Below are positions 25,643 through 40,700 of a stretch of 64,000 bases of DNA, in pieces. Made by a program: the position numbers and the translations under genes. The notes under the pieces were generated by a model, which did not search any database, had not been told where the DNA came from, and saw only the letters and a list, made by a program, of their open reading frames with translations. Source of the stretch: Octopus sinensis (lineage: Eukaryota); assembly GCF_006345805.1 (NCBI RefSeq), contig NC_043006.1:63178001-63242000 (forward strand). The letters run 5' to 3'. How positions within the stretch are numbered: position 1 is the stretch's first letter; each line of letters opens with the position of its first letter.

Positions 25643-27507
25643 TGCTATGTTTTATTGATCCCAAATTAATCAAAGGTAAAGATTAACCGGCAGGGTCTCA
25701 TATCAGAACGAACATTGACGCTATTTAAATAGCACAGGTCATTTAGTCCGGCACTGTTACTTCTGCTGGAGTAATGTTTCACATTTTCAAAAATAATAAC
25801 AATGTTTGGCTTATTGAGTTTTATTGTTTGTAATATCTACGAGATGTATATCCTTTTACAAAATGATATACTATTTCCAGCGTTATCGATTGGAGCAGTT
25901 AAATACGCATTATATTCGTGTCATGTACAAGCATGTACAATTTGTGATATTCATAAGCATCTATAAATGTTGACCAGAGCTGACAGCAGCTTAGTTGAAC
26001 ATATTACATGATTCAATCATTATCATTGATACAATGTGTTTGCTCCTGGCTTAATTTCTAACATCCATGACTATTTAAAATCGGAATGTCAAACGGATTC
26101 TTTGATAGAATTTAGTGTTATTAACAGGAGGGCGATAAAAAGGGAGACAGAAAGAGAGGGCAAGTAAAACCTGGGGAAGACTAAATAAAATAATCTCTCT
26201 TCTTAGAAATACATTTGTGTAAGATAAAGCAATAATTATTGATCAATCACAACAGTGATACTTGACACCAGAGAAAGGAAGAAATCTATTTTAACTATGT
26301 AGTCTGTCTCTGTAATCCCTGAGGTATTTATAGTATTATTGACGAAATAATGTTATAAATTAGATATTTTTCCCCATAATGTGAATAATACATATAATGA
26401 TAGAACCCGATCTTTGTAAAGTCAAATTCTATCCAAAACGTTCACAAAAATCGGACTTTGCCTCAGAGGAGAAATATATTTACAGATAACTCTTGGTTTA
26501 CCTCAATAATTAAGATATCAACATATATATTAAATTTCATAATGGGGCAAGGGGTAGCTAATCTTTTATCATAATTGAATAAATTATATTATCGACTTAA
26601 CTCAATATAAAAATAACTTAAATTTGATTCTTTTTAATGGTTTACTCAAAGGAGAAAAGGCAACGTTCGTGACCCTGTCCAGGAACTCCGAGATTAGTGA
26701 AAGGAAAGGAGAACATTTATACCTGGCCCGAATGCCTCGCTATTACAGAGATTCAGCAGCAATAAACTGGGTAAGAATTAATTGAGAATTGATAAGGAAT
26801 GAAAAATAAAAGAATTCGAAATTAATTGAGGAATAGAAAGAGATAATTAGGTTTCATCTGATCAAAAGTTTTTAATGACCACTCGAGAAGTTGTAAAAAA
26901 ATGCCATACAGTCGGTTATTGTCTGTGAGGTATGTATCTCTTTTAAAGGTTTGTGAGGTATGTATCTCTTTTAAAGGTTTCAGAAGGTTTTACAGTTGAT
27001 TGAAAATTAGTCAGTTCAAAGATTAACTTCTAACTCAAAGCAATACTTGTTTACATCTCGACCGAGGTAACCTAGAAGCATAAAAGATTGTTAGTTATGA
27101 CTGCTGCAAAATTCTACGGATTCAATACACACTGAAAGAGCAGCAGAATTGTCTGGTTTAACCGTCAAAAGTTATCATTTTGTCTCCATTCAGACAAAAA
27201 ACAGCTGAGGTTCAGTAGAAAGCGAATGGGATAAGTGTGGAGCATCAGTTCAGAACAAATAGGGAATGTATACAGAATCCGTTAAAAATAAGTAGAAAGT
27301 CAGTAGAACATCAGTCGAGGAAATATGCGTTAAATATGCATTAAAGCACATAAGAATAATTAAAAAGTCAGCATATAATCAGTTTATAGACAGTAGGAGT
27401 ATATGTGGGCAGCATTGTTTCATAGGAGGCAATAAAAAATCAATAGGAAATCATTTGAGAGCATGTAAGATAAATATATCAAATTATAATTGCATGTATT
27501 TATATAT

Positions 27508-27911
27508 CTTTTATCTTGTAGCTTTTACCTTTTACTTGTATCCGTGATTGAACTACAGCCATGCTGGAGCACCGACTTGAAGGGTCCTTGGCGAATGAAT
27601 CGACCTCGGGACTTAGTTTTTAAAACTTGGTACTTTTTCTATCAGTCTCTTTTATTGAATAACTATATTACGAGGACTTAAACAAACCGACACTGGTTGT
27701 TAAATGATGGTGCGAAACAAACACACACGAGCGCATGCACGCGCACGCACGCAGTCACGCACACACATATATATATAACGAGCTTCTTTCAGTTTCTGTC
27801 AACCTAATACTCTCACAAGGTTTTGCTCGACAAGGGGCTATAGTAGGTTCCATGCAGTGAGACGGAACCCAGAACCATGTGATTGGAAAGCAAAGTTCTT
27901 CTTCCTGCGCC
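27508..27911 (-). mobile_element. SINE family A, old copy
   Basis: gccatgctggagcacc...agaaccatgtg...cctgcgcc. Confidence 0.75.
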
Positions 27912-28302
27912 TATATATATCTTTTATGTTTTATCTTTTATTTCAATCATTGAACTGCTGCCATTGGGGAGGAGCACCTCCATACAGGTTTTAATCCAAC
28001 AAATCACCATTACTGCTTATGATTCTTTTAAGTCTGGTACTCAGTGCATCTTTTACCGAGGAGATAAATAAAGCAACACCAATTATCAAGCGGTGGATGA
28101 GGGTGATAAGTAAAAACGCAAAAGTATACATGTATATACATATGAACGGCGTGTGGCAGTAGCAATTAGACACAACGACACGCATACTTAGATATATACA
28201 TAGACATACCAGAAGTAAATAAACACATTTATAATCATTAAAATTTATTTATATCTGAAATTATAAATTTAAATTATTTATTAATTGTTATAACGTGTAA
28301 AT

Positions 28303-28463
28303 TTAATATTTGGTAGACATGCCCTTTGCATTTTTCAATGCAAGGACCCTATTAGGCCTGTTACTGATCAGATGACGAATATTCGCTTCTGAAATTTCTT
28401 GCCAAGTTTCATGCAATACCTTGACATCCTGAGTAGAATTTGATGGTGATGATGACTTGGCAC
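28303..28463 (-). mobile_element. Tc1 (DD34E) transposase C-terminal remnant
   Basis: Minus strand encodes LHETWQEISEANIRHLISNRPNRVLALKNAKGMSTKY*, matching the Tc1 W..I....I..L..SMP.R...V..AKG..TKY end. Confidence 0.7.
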
Positions 28464-29444
28464 CTTAAACAGAAAGTAAAATTTATGAAAAGAAAAGATT
28501 ATGAAAACATAAAATTCCAAAATGAATACAAATAGTTATAAAACAGAAGCTAGAATTTACCTGTATAAGACGTTTACGTGAAGCGATATTGCTGATAGGA
28601 GTTATATACCTCTCTTATCTCATCAGAAAGACTGTGCCTGATAGAAGGAAACCGATTACATTTTTGAAATCTGCGGACAAAACTACATATAAAACACCAT
28701 ATAATATCCCTGATGAAAATTGGCTGTTGACCAGTGTAATTAAGTTTCCCAGTTATATTCATCCCATGGTAAGATCAACCTGTCGGCAGTTATCAATTAG
28801 TTGGCATATATTTCGTGATAGGTTATTGTGTTATTCCTGCTTTTAGATACGGCATATCTAAAATATTTTTGTATGAGAAAATATATGAAAAGGAGCGCCA
28901 ATGATAAATTTCTGAAAATTTAGTACTGTTATGCAGGAGGATAAAAATTATGGATATAGAATTTCTTTGCTTTGTTACAACTCATTAAGCCTTCTTTTTT
29001 AGTACTTGCATATTCAGCATATTTTCACATTACATCAACCAAAGTATTCTAAAATATTCAATACAAAGAAATACAGTTTAGGTTTGAGTAAAAGAAGAAA
29101 TAACATTTTAAGAAAATTTATTTTGAAGAAACACTTATGCTAGGTATCCATTTATTTGACTATGTGTAGCTGCAACACACCAGGTCTGTGAGATTTTCTA
29201 TCTCATTTTACCCGTGTTTGCCAGTTCACCATTAGCACGTCGAAGCTTAGTTAATAGATATTTGACATGTTGATTCAAATTAAAACCCTCGAACATCAAC
29301 GCTTCATGATATTTAGTATATTTGTTATGGCAGAACACATTTTCAGAAAATTTCAGCTTATTCTGTCAGAAAATGTTTTTTCTTCTATTTAAAATAAAAT
29401 ATATTCATATTTGTTTAGATTAGGGAATGTTTTCCCAATATTGC

Positions 29445-29655
29445 TTTCAAATTTTGGCACAAACCCAGCAAGTTCGGGGACGGGGTAAGTCGATTACAAC
29501 GACCCCAGTGCTCAACTGGTACTTATTTTATCGACCCCAAAAGGATGAAAAGCAAAGTCAGCCTTGCCGGAATTTGAACTCAGAACATAAAATCAGATGA
29601 AATGACGCTAAGCATTTTGCCCGGCGAACTAATGAGTCTGCTGGCTCACCGCCTC
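29445..29655 (-). mobile_element. SINE family B
   Basis: gaccccagtgctcaactggtacttattttatcgacccc...gaactcagaac. Confidence 0.85.
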
Positions 29656-29949
29656 ATGTTTTCCAAATATTAATCCTTTAAAATATAGATTTTTATTCTT
29701 ATGTTCAGTTTATCTATAAGTTTTCTTCAGAAATAAGTTGGTGTCATTAATAAATTTGTGTAATATAGTGTTTTTGATAGCATTGATATGAGCTATTCAC
29801 GTATGCTAGAAATAAAACTGAACCAGTAACAGGACCTTGTTTTGCTCCACTGAGTCAAACCAGACAGTGATACAACTTGTGAGAGTAGTTGAAAGATGTC
29901 ACGTATATGCTTGAAACATCACAGATATAGAGATTTCATTCAGCTTCAA

Positions 29950-30790
29950 TAATTCTGTAGCGAACAGTATCGAATGTGTTCTGTAGAATAGCAAAGAACC
30001 AACAAAAATATTGACTAGAGCCAAGGACATTGCAAATACCTCTGAACCTGAGCTAGAAGCTATAGCACCATGGAGAACATCTAACAAATAACTAATTCCA
30101 CCCACTAGAGTATTAAGGTTGCAATAGATTACCGTAGTAAGAACCCCAACCACAGATTACCTGTTTTAGACACTAAATTCTGGCTGGAAACTAATAATAG
30201 CAAATTCTCAATTCGCACTATAGACTCCAAATAACTGATCCACCGGGACGCAGGAAGTGCAGATAATATCGTAATAACGGACTTGATAAAGGTGGTAAGA
30301 AACGTCTCCTGCATGTGCAACCCAACGGAATTAGAGAAAAACATACAGTATTTCATCCACTGCATGAAGTCCTCAAGATACAACTGAAGAGTCAGGATCA
30401 GCGTGTACAAAGGAGCCATGACAAAATTCAAGACCATCATAAATAATGACGAAAATGAGATCTTCCCGCTGTAGAGGAGTAAATCATGGAATAGCACAGG
30501 AAGTACAAAGAGAAAGATAGGTAAAGCTAAAGGTTTGGCAACCAAAAATACCAGAGCGTCATGTTCGTCGGTGCTACTCCTGGAGGCAAACTAGCGTATC
30601 ATTATAGAAAAACTGGGGTATACTGAACCTACATATTAACGTATTAGAAAGACCAAGAACTCACACAAAAAAGTCTGTAGAACATACCCATTTGAAAGAT
30701 CCCTCTGTACTAATAGGAACTGTGTATAGTGTAAGCCCACAGATCAACTGCAAAGCTAGGAATTTGGTTTATAGTATAAAGTATAGAGTG
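29950..30790 (+). mobile_element. Penelope-like retroelement remnant (RT thumb to start of GIY-YIG)
   Basis: + frames give NHRLPVLDTKFW...MKSSRY..R...FPL*RSKSW...SVMFVGATPGGKL...CTNRNCV*C...CKARNLVYSI; many stops. Confidence 0.7.
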
Positions 30791-32092
30791 AGACAGAGCA
30801 GAAAGAGGGCAACGACGGATATTGAAGAGATAGTAATAACACCCCACCCTGCAACCTGACGAATTAAAACAGAACAGAGAAAAAGAGACATGGATTTAAA
30901 CAGTGTAATGGACAATCCCATACACATGCATACAAGATACATATATGCATATCAAACATATGGATACAGGTACAGATGCAAAAGCATGCGCAGATAGGGA
31001 TACATACCTCTGAAAGACTAGATGGAATTATAGGGCAAGGCCAGAGAGAAGAGGAAACAGAGAGAAGAAGAACAGACAGTCACTAAAGAAGCCACAGAAT
31101 GTATGATGAAAAAACTATCAGAAATAAACTAATAATAATAACGCCAAAGTGAAGATAAAATATGTAGTGCGTATATTTATTGGTAAAATGACCATCCCCA
31201 AATATAACAAGATATTTTAAATTTTAAATCGCAATATTTGATTAGTTTGTCTCTTTCTAAGTTATTAGGGAAAACTCTAGTTGTTAGACATTTGTTTGAT
31301 ATTGTAAGATATTTGAGCTAGTCTTACATATATGTTGAGAAAGTTCTGATATCTACAAATATGCCAAATGAGTCACTAGCGCTTCTAAGATACATTGGCG
31401 AGAAGTGTATTGATGTATACAGTAATTTGGAGTTTGACTTGCATAAGGTATCTTGTGTTTTTTTAGTGTAAAGAACTGTGTATTATTCTTGATATTACCA
31501 AAAATTCTTCGATAGTAGTTATTAACTTCATTAATAATATAGATGGATCTGCTCGAGTTGTAACATTTGTATTTAATGAGTATACAGAAGCTGTTCGTGG
31601 AGGCCATGAACACACAATGGAATTCACACAAAGGTGTGTTTTAATATCCTTTCAGTGATAAACGATCACAAATTCAGTTGGATCAATAAGTACAGTTGCT
31701 TTTTTCATGAACGTAACAATACTGTTGTGATGTTTTCGGGAGATACATAAATTTATTTGCCAACATATTTATATTTTGTCTTTCGATGAGACGTTTCAGT
31801 GTTATTATCAAAGAAATTCTTAGAAAATACTTCCATATTAAATTCTTCTAGGTTGATAATAGTTTCTTAAGAGAAACACTGAATAATTCTTTTCTTTTAT
31901 TTGTTTCACTTACTATGGTTGTTTATATTATATAGTTTTGGTATACAATGTATAGTAAAATGGTTGATATGCAGAAGGCCAGATCTTTAGAACATTTTGC
32001 ATCCTAAGAGTCTATGAAGATGTAACTAATTAGAGTTTATTGTTATCATTAGCCATTGTTGAACAATTTATTTTTGGCCATAAACAACCGAT

Positions 32093-32412
32093 TATCTTTT
32101 ATCTTTTAATAGTTTCAGTCATTAGTCAGCGACCATACTGGGGTACCACATTGAAGAATTTTCCCGATCGACAGAAATGACCCCAGTACTTATTCTATCG
32201 GTATCTTTTGCGGGGACTTAAACACACCAACACGGATTGTCAAGCAGGGGTGACAAATTCGGACACATAGAAACTCAAACACACAGATACGCACATGTAT
32301 ATATGTATATATGTATGTATGTACGACAAGCTTCTTACAGTTTTCCTCGACCAAACCAACTCACAAGGTGTCGCGTAGCGGGATGGAACCCGGAACCACA
32401 CAACCATGCCTG
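32093..32412 (-). mobile_element. SINE family A, decayed
   Basis: tttcagtcatt...ccccagtacttattctatcgg...aacccggaacca. Confidence 0.7.
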
Positions 32413-33740
32413 CACTTTGTGAACTTAGAATATTTAAAAAATTAGATCAGTTATTGTTTTATTTACAAATAGATTTAATATTTTAATTCAGTCATTTCAA
32501 TGTTTTAATTCGGTCAATATATTTAAGGAATAGGAAACTTATTTCAAGTTTTATTTCATTCAATTTGAATGACAGAAGATACTGTCCATATTACAGCTTT
32601 CCTTTGTTGTTAGAAAATTTCGAAACAGTCTTCAACAACCCATCTTTATAGTCACATTGTGTGATCTTATTTCTTCTGATGTTGTGTATTAATTTGCGGG
32701 CAAATATATCAAAAAGCTCCACTAACAGAAGCTGATGATTTACTATGTGTGGCTAGTTATAATAATAGAGAAATTATAAGTTAAAATAAACATGAATAAT
32801 TATTAAGAATCTTGATTTTGTAAGAGCAATGCCGCTAAGATCTGCATTAAATATATTTCACTCATTAAAATATAAGATAGCGAAAATATGTGATAATGGA
32901 ATGCAACAAATTTATTGAGAAATGCAAATAACGATGTCGTTATTTGCATTTCAGAGAGTTCTTTTGCATCCAGCCATAGAAATAGGAAATCATTTAGAGA
33001 GTTACATTGTTCAAATATTGATTATAGATTATCTAGACAATTTCTGGTTGAAGAGGTTAAAAGTATGAAGTATGTTTGAAGCTAAGATGGTTTCTTTTGT
33101 TAATACTGGAACGTTTGTCATTCGGTTTAGTTTTAAGTTATCTACGATCTAACATTAAAATGTCTCTATGAACCTGGCATTAATAAATGTCATAAAATAG
33201 ACCTGTACTTACATAATTGTGACATAAAAAGCAGTTATGGGAATACACAAAGAACTACAGCAGTAATTTAGAAATAAAGCAGCGAATTATATTCTAACGT
33301 ACTAGCACTTTAGAGCACTTCCATTCTTCGGGGTAATAATCGCAATTATTTGCGAAATGAAATTCTAAATTCTAAAACATATACGTCTGCATATATGCAA
33401 ACATATTCATGAAATTACTAAATGGAGACAAGTAACTACTACAGCCGGGAACTACATCCATTATAAAGGGCAAATTATATACCGTGTGGTAAAATCTATC
33501 CAGCAATAAAACGGAATGTAATTACATCAATTGGTTATATTCTGTCTCACTGTTTTGTTAGGTGTCTTTTCTCACAATACATGCATATTACATTTTGGAC
33601 TAACGGTACTTGTGTTATTTTCAACAATTTATGATAACCTCACACACACACATAAAACATATATAAATCACACATATATTTATAATTCATATATAAAACA
33701 CACACACATATATATAACATATATATATATATATAAATAT

Positions 33741-34500
<760 letters not shown>

Positions 34501-34521
34501 GACACACAACAGACAGACCTT

Positions 34522-34852
34522 AAAGACCCCGTCGGTCACGAATGACAATGGGATCACCCCTACAAAGTTCTCCTCCAAGGCACAAGTTTAGGGTTGTTTA
34601 GTGGAAGACCAGCAGTCCTTCATGCATACCAGCCTCCCCTCTCCACGACACCGATTTTATCCAAGGGAGAGACAAAGACCGATACAACTTGGCACTAGTC
34701 ATGTCGTAACTCATTTCTACAGATGAGTGAACTACAGCAACCTGAAATAAAGTGACCTGCTCAAAAACACAACACACAACCCACTCCGGGAATCGAACTC
34801 ACAACCTGACGATCGTAAGCTCGATGCTCTTACTACTGAGTCATGTGCCTTC
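34522..34852 (-). mobile_element. SINE family C
   Basis: Homologous to 2556-2882. Confidence 0.88.
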
Positions 34853-34904
34853 ATGCAAACATACATACATTCATCTATATAAGTACATACATACATGTAT
34901 TTAT

Positions 34905-34984
<80 letters not shown>

Positions 34985-35026
34985 GTATACACACAAACAC
35001 ATACACACAAATGACCTAAGAAAAAT

Positions 35027-35510
35027 ACGGGGGGTATTGATTAAAGATTTCCCCTACCCCAATTTCCAAGAGCGGGGATAAACGAAACTTGGCATAATTA
35101 TTAGTTCTTCTCTACATAGCCACCACTAATAATGACACACTTCTCCTATAGATTTATGCGACTGTGAAGACCTCATCTGTAGAAGTCAGTAGGTTGCGTT
35201 TGGAGCCAAGAATTTACCCTGGAAATAAGTTCATCATCCGAAAAGCGCTTCCTCTTCAAAAAAGACTTCATGGTTGGAAAGAGGTGGAAGTCAGATAGTG
35301 CGGGGTCGGGAGAGTGAGTGGGATGAGGAAGCCGCAGGAGTATGCTTTCATCTGGGAAACATGCTCATTGTGAACTCGGGCGTTATCTTGAAGGAGGCGA
35401 GCTACTTTGGTCAGCATGCCCATGCCTCTCTACTTGGATGGCGTCTTGCAATTTCTACTGCAGAGAAGCATAATATATCCCATTAATTGTGGTGCTCTTT
35501 GCCAGAAAAC
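35027..35510 (-). mobile_element. Mariner 3' fragment
   Basis: Minus strand LPHPTHSPDPALSDFHLFPTMKSFLKRKRFSDDEL; TIR-like tacggggggtattgattaa. Confidence 0.75.
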
Positions 35511-37193
35511 CCATCATTACTAATCCACGCTGTTAGTATCACTTGCCTGCTGAGTGTGTGTGTGTGTGTGTGTGTGTGTGCAAGACGAGTTTCTACTGCT
35601 TCCGTCTGCCAAATTCATTAACAAGGCATTGGTCAAACCGGAGCTATAGTAAAATATACAAATAAATACATGCACGGTCTCTCTTCCTCCCTCTCTTTCT
35701 CGCACATACATATACACTCATACACGTTTCTTCCGCCAGTGGATCTTGTTTACTAAATACAGTCTGAGAAATTTTGTTACATTAAAACTCATCGAAAGGA
35801 GTTGAGGACAGACTCTTACCTACACTTACGAGACACAATTAATAATGATGTATCTGGAGGAAAGCTTGATTATGTTTGTATTCTTTTACTCGTAGTTCTC
35901 AAACCACGCACGAAGAACCGCAACATGCAATGGCATACGCTCGCTATTTTGACTGCTGAGAACTTTTCACTACTTTCACCTGCAACTGCAAATAGAAATA
36001 AATTCCAGACGAGATCCTTTCATTTACAGGAATGATCTTATGGCTAGGGTTTTCAATTTCAAACTGAGAAATTTAAACATTTGTATATTAAGTGTCAAAC
36101 ATTCAGATAGTTCTAGTCTTGGTTCCAGTATAATTTGAACGTAGAACGTAAAGAAATGTACCTAAATACCTCGTAAAACTTCTTTCCGTTAATTAACCGA
36201 CTGTACCTACACTCAAAAAGTTGTGTATGGTAAGATATATATATTATAATAATAATTACCATTCTTTTTGTCTCAAGTGGTGGTGAAATATAGTTATATA
36301 TAATGTGTTAATATGTCAAATGACAGGTTTTATTGCACTTATATTAACATGCGAGTTGGAAGCAATCAACTAAAGTGAATTTGTAAGATCCTTCATAGAA
36401 TTATGAAAGATTTGCTTTAGGAAGAATGCTATAATGTTATTAGAAAATTCTTCACACTTTGAATTTATAGTAAACAGATAATGCAAAGAATACTCTTGAT
36501 ACAATATAGATTGCTTTGGCATTTCTCATACTGAAATAAGTGTAGAAAGAAAGATTCAGTTTAGAAACTGCACAAATATATTTTACTATCTCGACAAGCA
36601 GTTCTCTGAAAGATATTTGGGAAGAAACTTTCAAAACTAATGTTTACAGAATATGAAATACATAAACTTTGTATTAATGGCAAATTGCCAAAAAAATTTT
36701 TCAAGTAATTCAAAGTAAAATATTAATACAAATACACAGAATAAGAAAAATATTATTCAAATCTATGAAACTTTATTCATGTTATAAATTATATAATTTT
36801 GTCATAACAGGAAATTTTAGTTGTTAATTCATGTATTTTTCTTTACAAGCGCGGGGACAACTACAGCGCATCATTTTAAAATATATAAAATTATATGAAG
36901 TAAAGAACTGTTCATATGCTGTGATAAGAAACAGTCTTTTACACCAAAAGATTATTTTATCTAAATCAACGAAGACGATCCGTACAAAATCATAACAATA
37001 TGTTGAATGAAATAGTATTCTTTTAATCTCTCAAAGAAAAGTATGTGTAATTCTCTCCAAAATTGGGAATGGCCTTCACTACCGTTAGCAATGGTCCAAA
37101 TCTCAATATCAAAGCTGCTCAATAAAATGTTATAGATCCTTATTAATGACATCTGTGCAATTGTGAATTGCAGTAGATTATAAAACAATATTT

Positions 37194-37612
37194 GGATCTT
37201 TTCGGTTTGAACGGCAGTTTTATCATAATTTTTAAGTAACTAAAAAATGTTTAACTTCGTTTACTGGTAGAATGTGTTTATCAAACATCTTTTTCTCTTG
37301 GCTTTATTGAGAAAATTCTATAGTTTGTAAGATATTTGTTGTTTTTTTCTTCAATTTCTGCAATTTCAACCAATCAATTACGTCCATTGAGGTAAAAAAA
37401 AAAACATTCTGTGTGGTATGCATATGTCCCTCGTTTAAGAAACAGATTGGGTTTATTTACATTTGTGAAGAAAAAAAGATACCCTTCCCCCACCCCCAAC
37501 CCTAACCCTAAAACAGATAGAAATGCAATAGATCGATACTAGGGTCATAATTATGGGTGACAATTTCATATGACACCGCTAGGAAAAACTGCCGTTCAAA
37601 CCGAGAAGATCC
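37194..37612. mobile_element. MITE with GG termini and 8-bp TSD (Merlin-like)
   Basis: TIRs ggatcttttcggtttgaacggcagttt / aaactgccgttcaaaccgagaagatcc; TSD caatattt at 37186-37193 and 37613-37620. Confidence 0.85.
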
Positions 37613-38202
37613 CAATATTTGTTTTCTCAAATGCAATTAAGGTAGAAGGAACTCATATGTGAATTTCATGGAACTACATATCAACAAGAAATTTGTGGAT
37701 TGTTTACTATAAAATCCTGATCTCTGGGATCCAGTCATGGAACTGTGTTGACGGAACCAACCCAGGGAAATAAAAATACATTATATTTAAGCAAAATAAA
37801 ATCAGTGTTTAAAGCTGTTTAAAAAGGAAAACATGAACGTTTCGCATTGGTATTTGAATGCTGTTCCAACGAGTCTGCATATTAGAGCTGGATGGGTTAT
37901 ATGGTTAATAGTAGAAGAGCTTAGGGGGAGGTCTTCGAAGTTGAGCAAAATATCGACCATACATTAAAGGAAAGAAGGAGAGAAGTAAGCACCTGCAAGT
38001 AAGTCTTAGTTGTATGTGTGAGAGACGAAGGGAAGGGTTGACTGGTGTCTGTGTATGTATGATGTGTTTGTGTGTGTCTCTGTATGTGTAATGTATATAT
38101 TGTGTGTGCGTGCGAATGTGCTTGCGTGTGCGTGCATGTGCGTGTGTGTGTATGTGTGTGCGTGTGCGTGCATGTGTGTGCGTGTGTGTGTATGTGTGTA
38201 TG

Positions 38203-39405
38203 TACGAGGCTGGGCTGAAAAGTTCATATGCTGACTATAAAGGAGTGATGCTAGAGCTGTTAAATCTTGCATGCATTAATTTCAACTCATCTTATTAACA
38301 ACTGCATTCTTTTTTCCCTACAAACTGACACCTGACTGTTCAAAAAGACTTTTAAAGTGACAGGTAGCAACAGTAGATATGACATCATTATCACTGTGAT
38401 ACTGCTTCCCAGTCAAGTATCGTTTCTTGTTGGGGACTAAATGATAATCAGATGGGGTCAAATCAGAAGAACAGGGACAGTGATCAAGCGGTTCAAAGAC
38501 ACAATCACGCACAATAGCCATCAAAACCAAGGACTTCTCTGCTGGAGTATTGTCCTGATAAAACAAGACCCTTTTCTTCAGTTTTCCTCAGCATTTGGTC
38601 ATGACAGCCTTTGGTGACTGCCTCTGCAAGTGGGTGTAGTACTCTCCATTGATGGTGTGGCCCTTTTGAAAAATAGTCAATAAACGCAATGCTTGTTGCA
38701 TCTCAAAAATCTGAGGTCATCACCTTCCATGAAGACGAAATGCGCCTTCTTTGGAGCAGGTGAGGAAGGGGTTTCCATTGCATAGTATGTCTGTCGCTCA
38801 AAGAAATGAACCCAACACTCATCCTGACCCTTTCTAGGGAACCAGCTGATCTCAAATAATGTCAAATTTTCACGTGATGTGATCAGCTTAGTGCGCTTTT
38901 TATAAGATGTCAGAAAACGTAGCATCCACCCAGAAGAAACCTTTGTTATGCCAAGTTCGTTGTGCAGAACATTCTCAACTCTATGACAGGATATGCTGAT
39001 AACGCAGTCAATCATCTGTCATCCATCATCATGTGTGGATACGGTCAACATTTTTATTGGTGGCGGCAGTTGCAAGAGGTCCAAGCCTTGGGTCATCTCC
39101 AAGACTCTCCTTATCCTTCGTAAATTCAACTGCCCACTTTTGCACTGTTGATAAAGCTGACGCGTCATCCATCAGCGTTAACATCTATAGGGCTAAACTC
39201 TTTTTCTGTAGATACTTGACAAAACCACGATGACATATTGTGTCTATTTTCAAGAGAAGTTGCTACTAGTCACATATAAATATTCTTTGAACAGTCAGGT
39301 GTCAGTTTACCTGGAAAGAAATAATGTAGTTATTAATAAAAAGGGCTTAAAATTAATGCATGGAAAATTTCACCACTCTGATATTATTCTTTCATATTCA
39401 GCTTT
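38203..39405 (-). mobile_element. Mariner (Himar1/irritans-like) remnant with extended inverted ends
   Basis: tacgaggctgggctgaaaagttc terminus; KVSSGWMLRFLT, DECWVH, YQDNTPA, SSDLTPSDYHL; perfect 23-bp IR at 38322-38344 and 39286-39308. Confidence 0.85.
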
Positions 39406-39795
39406 GAAGGGCTTATTTAGTCGAGCAAATCGACTCGAGGATTTATTTATAAGCCTGGCACTTATTCTGTCGGTCTCTTTTTGCCGAACTGTTAAATTAC
39501 GAGGGCGTAAACACACCAATACTGGTTGTCAAGCGGTGAAGGGAGAACAAACACAGACACAAAGACACGCACACACACATATACATATACATATATACAT
39601 ACAAACATACATACATACATACATACATACATACATACATGCATACATACATGTGAAGCGCCTCTTTCAATTTCCATCTACCAAATCCACTCACAAGGCT
39701 TTGATCGACCCGAGGCTATCGTAAAAGACACTTCCCCAAGGTGCTACGCAGTGAGAGAGAACCTGAAACATGTGGTTGGAAAGCAAGCTTCTTAC
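39400..39795 (-). mobile_element. SINE family A, diverged
   Basis: tagtcgagcaaatcgac...aaatccactcacaaggc. Confidence 0.8.
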
Positions 39796-39813
39796 GACAC
39801 ACACACACACAGT

Positions 39814-39844
<31 letters not shown>

Positions 39845-39959
39845 ACATACACACACACACACATACACACACATATGGTAATCTCAAAGAAATTATACAC
39901 ACTTTGATACCTGATAACTCAGTTGTCATTTCTTTTTAGATCTAACTCATGGGAAATAA

Positions 39960-40290
39960 CCGAGCTTTGAAGAAAGGAAATTTGTGCCTAGCTACCACAG
40001 GAAGTTTGAAAACGCGGACAATGAGGAGGGGCTTTCGAACAGATCCACCTGCGCGACTTACCGTCATTCTAATTAGAAGTGAGCTTAAAGCGGATGGAAC
40101 TGTTCAGAATGTCTACAAGAAACATTCCGGAAGACCGCGGATATCGACGAGCTCCACAAAGCAAGAAAGGCTACTGAAACCGTATATGCTGAAGTTCAGG
40201 AAAGCCTGTACCAGAAGCAAACCGTGAGATGGAAATTTCAAAATCAAGCGGCCATTGCAGTTTGAAGAGTTATCATTGAAAAGATTACAA
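39960..40290 (+). mobile_element. Tc1/mariner-superfamily transposase N-terminal HTH fragment
   Basis: FRTDPPARLTVILIRSELKADGTVQNVYKKHSGRPRIS. Confidence 0.6.
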
Positions 40291-40314
40291 TCTGGCTCTC
40301 TTTTTGATATATCT

Positions 40315-40700
40315 GGGAAGCACTCCGTCGGTTACGACGATGAGGGTTCCGGTTGATCCGAATCAACGGAACAGCCTGCTCGTGAAATTAACGTGTAAGT
40401 GGCTGAGCACTCCACAGATACGTGCACCCTTAACGTAGTCCTCGGGGATATTCAGCGTGACACAGAGAGTGACAAGGCCGACCCCTTGAAATACAGGTAC
40501 AACAGAAACAGGAAGTAAGAGTGAGAGAAAGTTGTGGTGAAAGAGTATAGCAGGGATCACCACCATCCCCTGTTGGAGCCTCGTGGAGCTTTTAGGTGTT
40601 TTCGCTCAATAAACACTCACAACGCCCGGTCTGGGAATCGAAACCGCGATCCTATGACCGCGAGTCCGCTGCCCTAACCACTGGGCCATTGCGCCTCCAC
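40315..40700 (-). mobile_element. tRNA-derived SINE family D1 with 13-bp TSD
   Basis: Head gtggaggcgcaatggcccagtggttagggc...ggtttcgattccc; TSD ttttgatatatct at 40302-40314 and 40701-40713. Confidence 0.92.

Noticed and set aside
26924-26979. 28-bp tandem duplication (similar one at ~12141-12198)
   Set aside because: Ordinary slippage duplications with no further structure.
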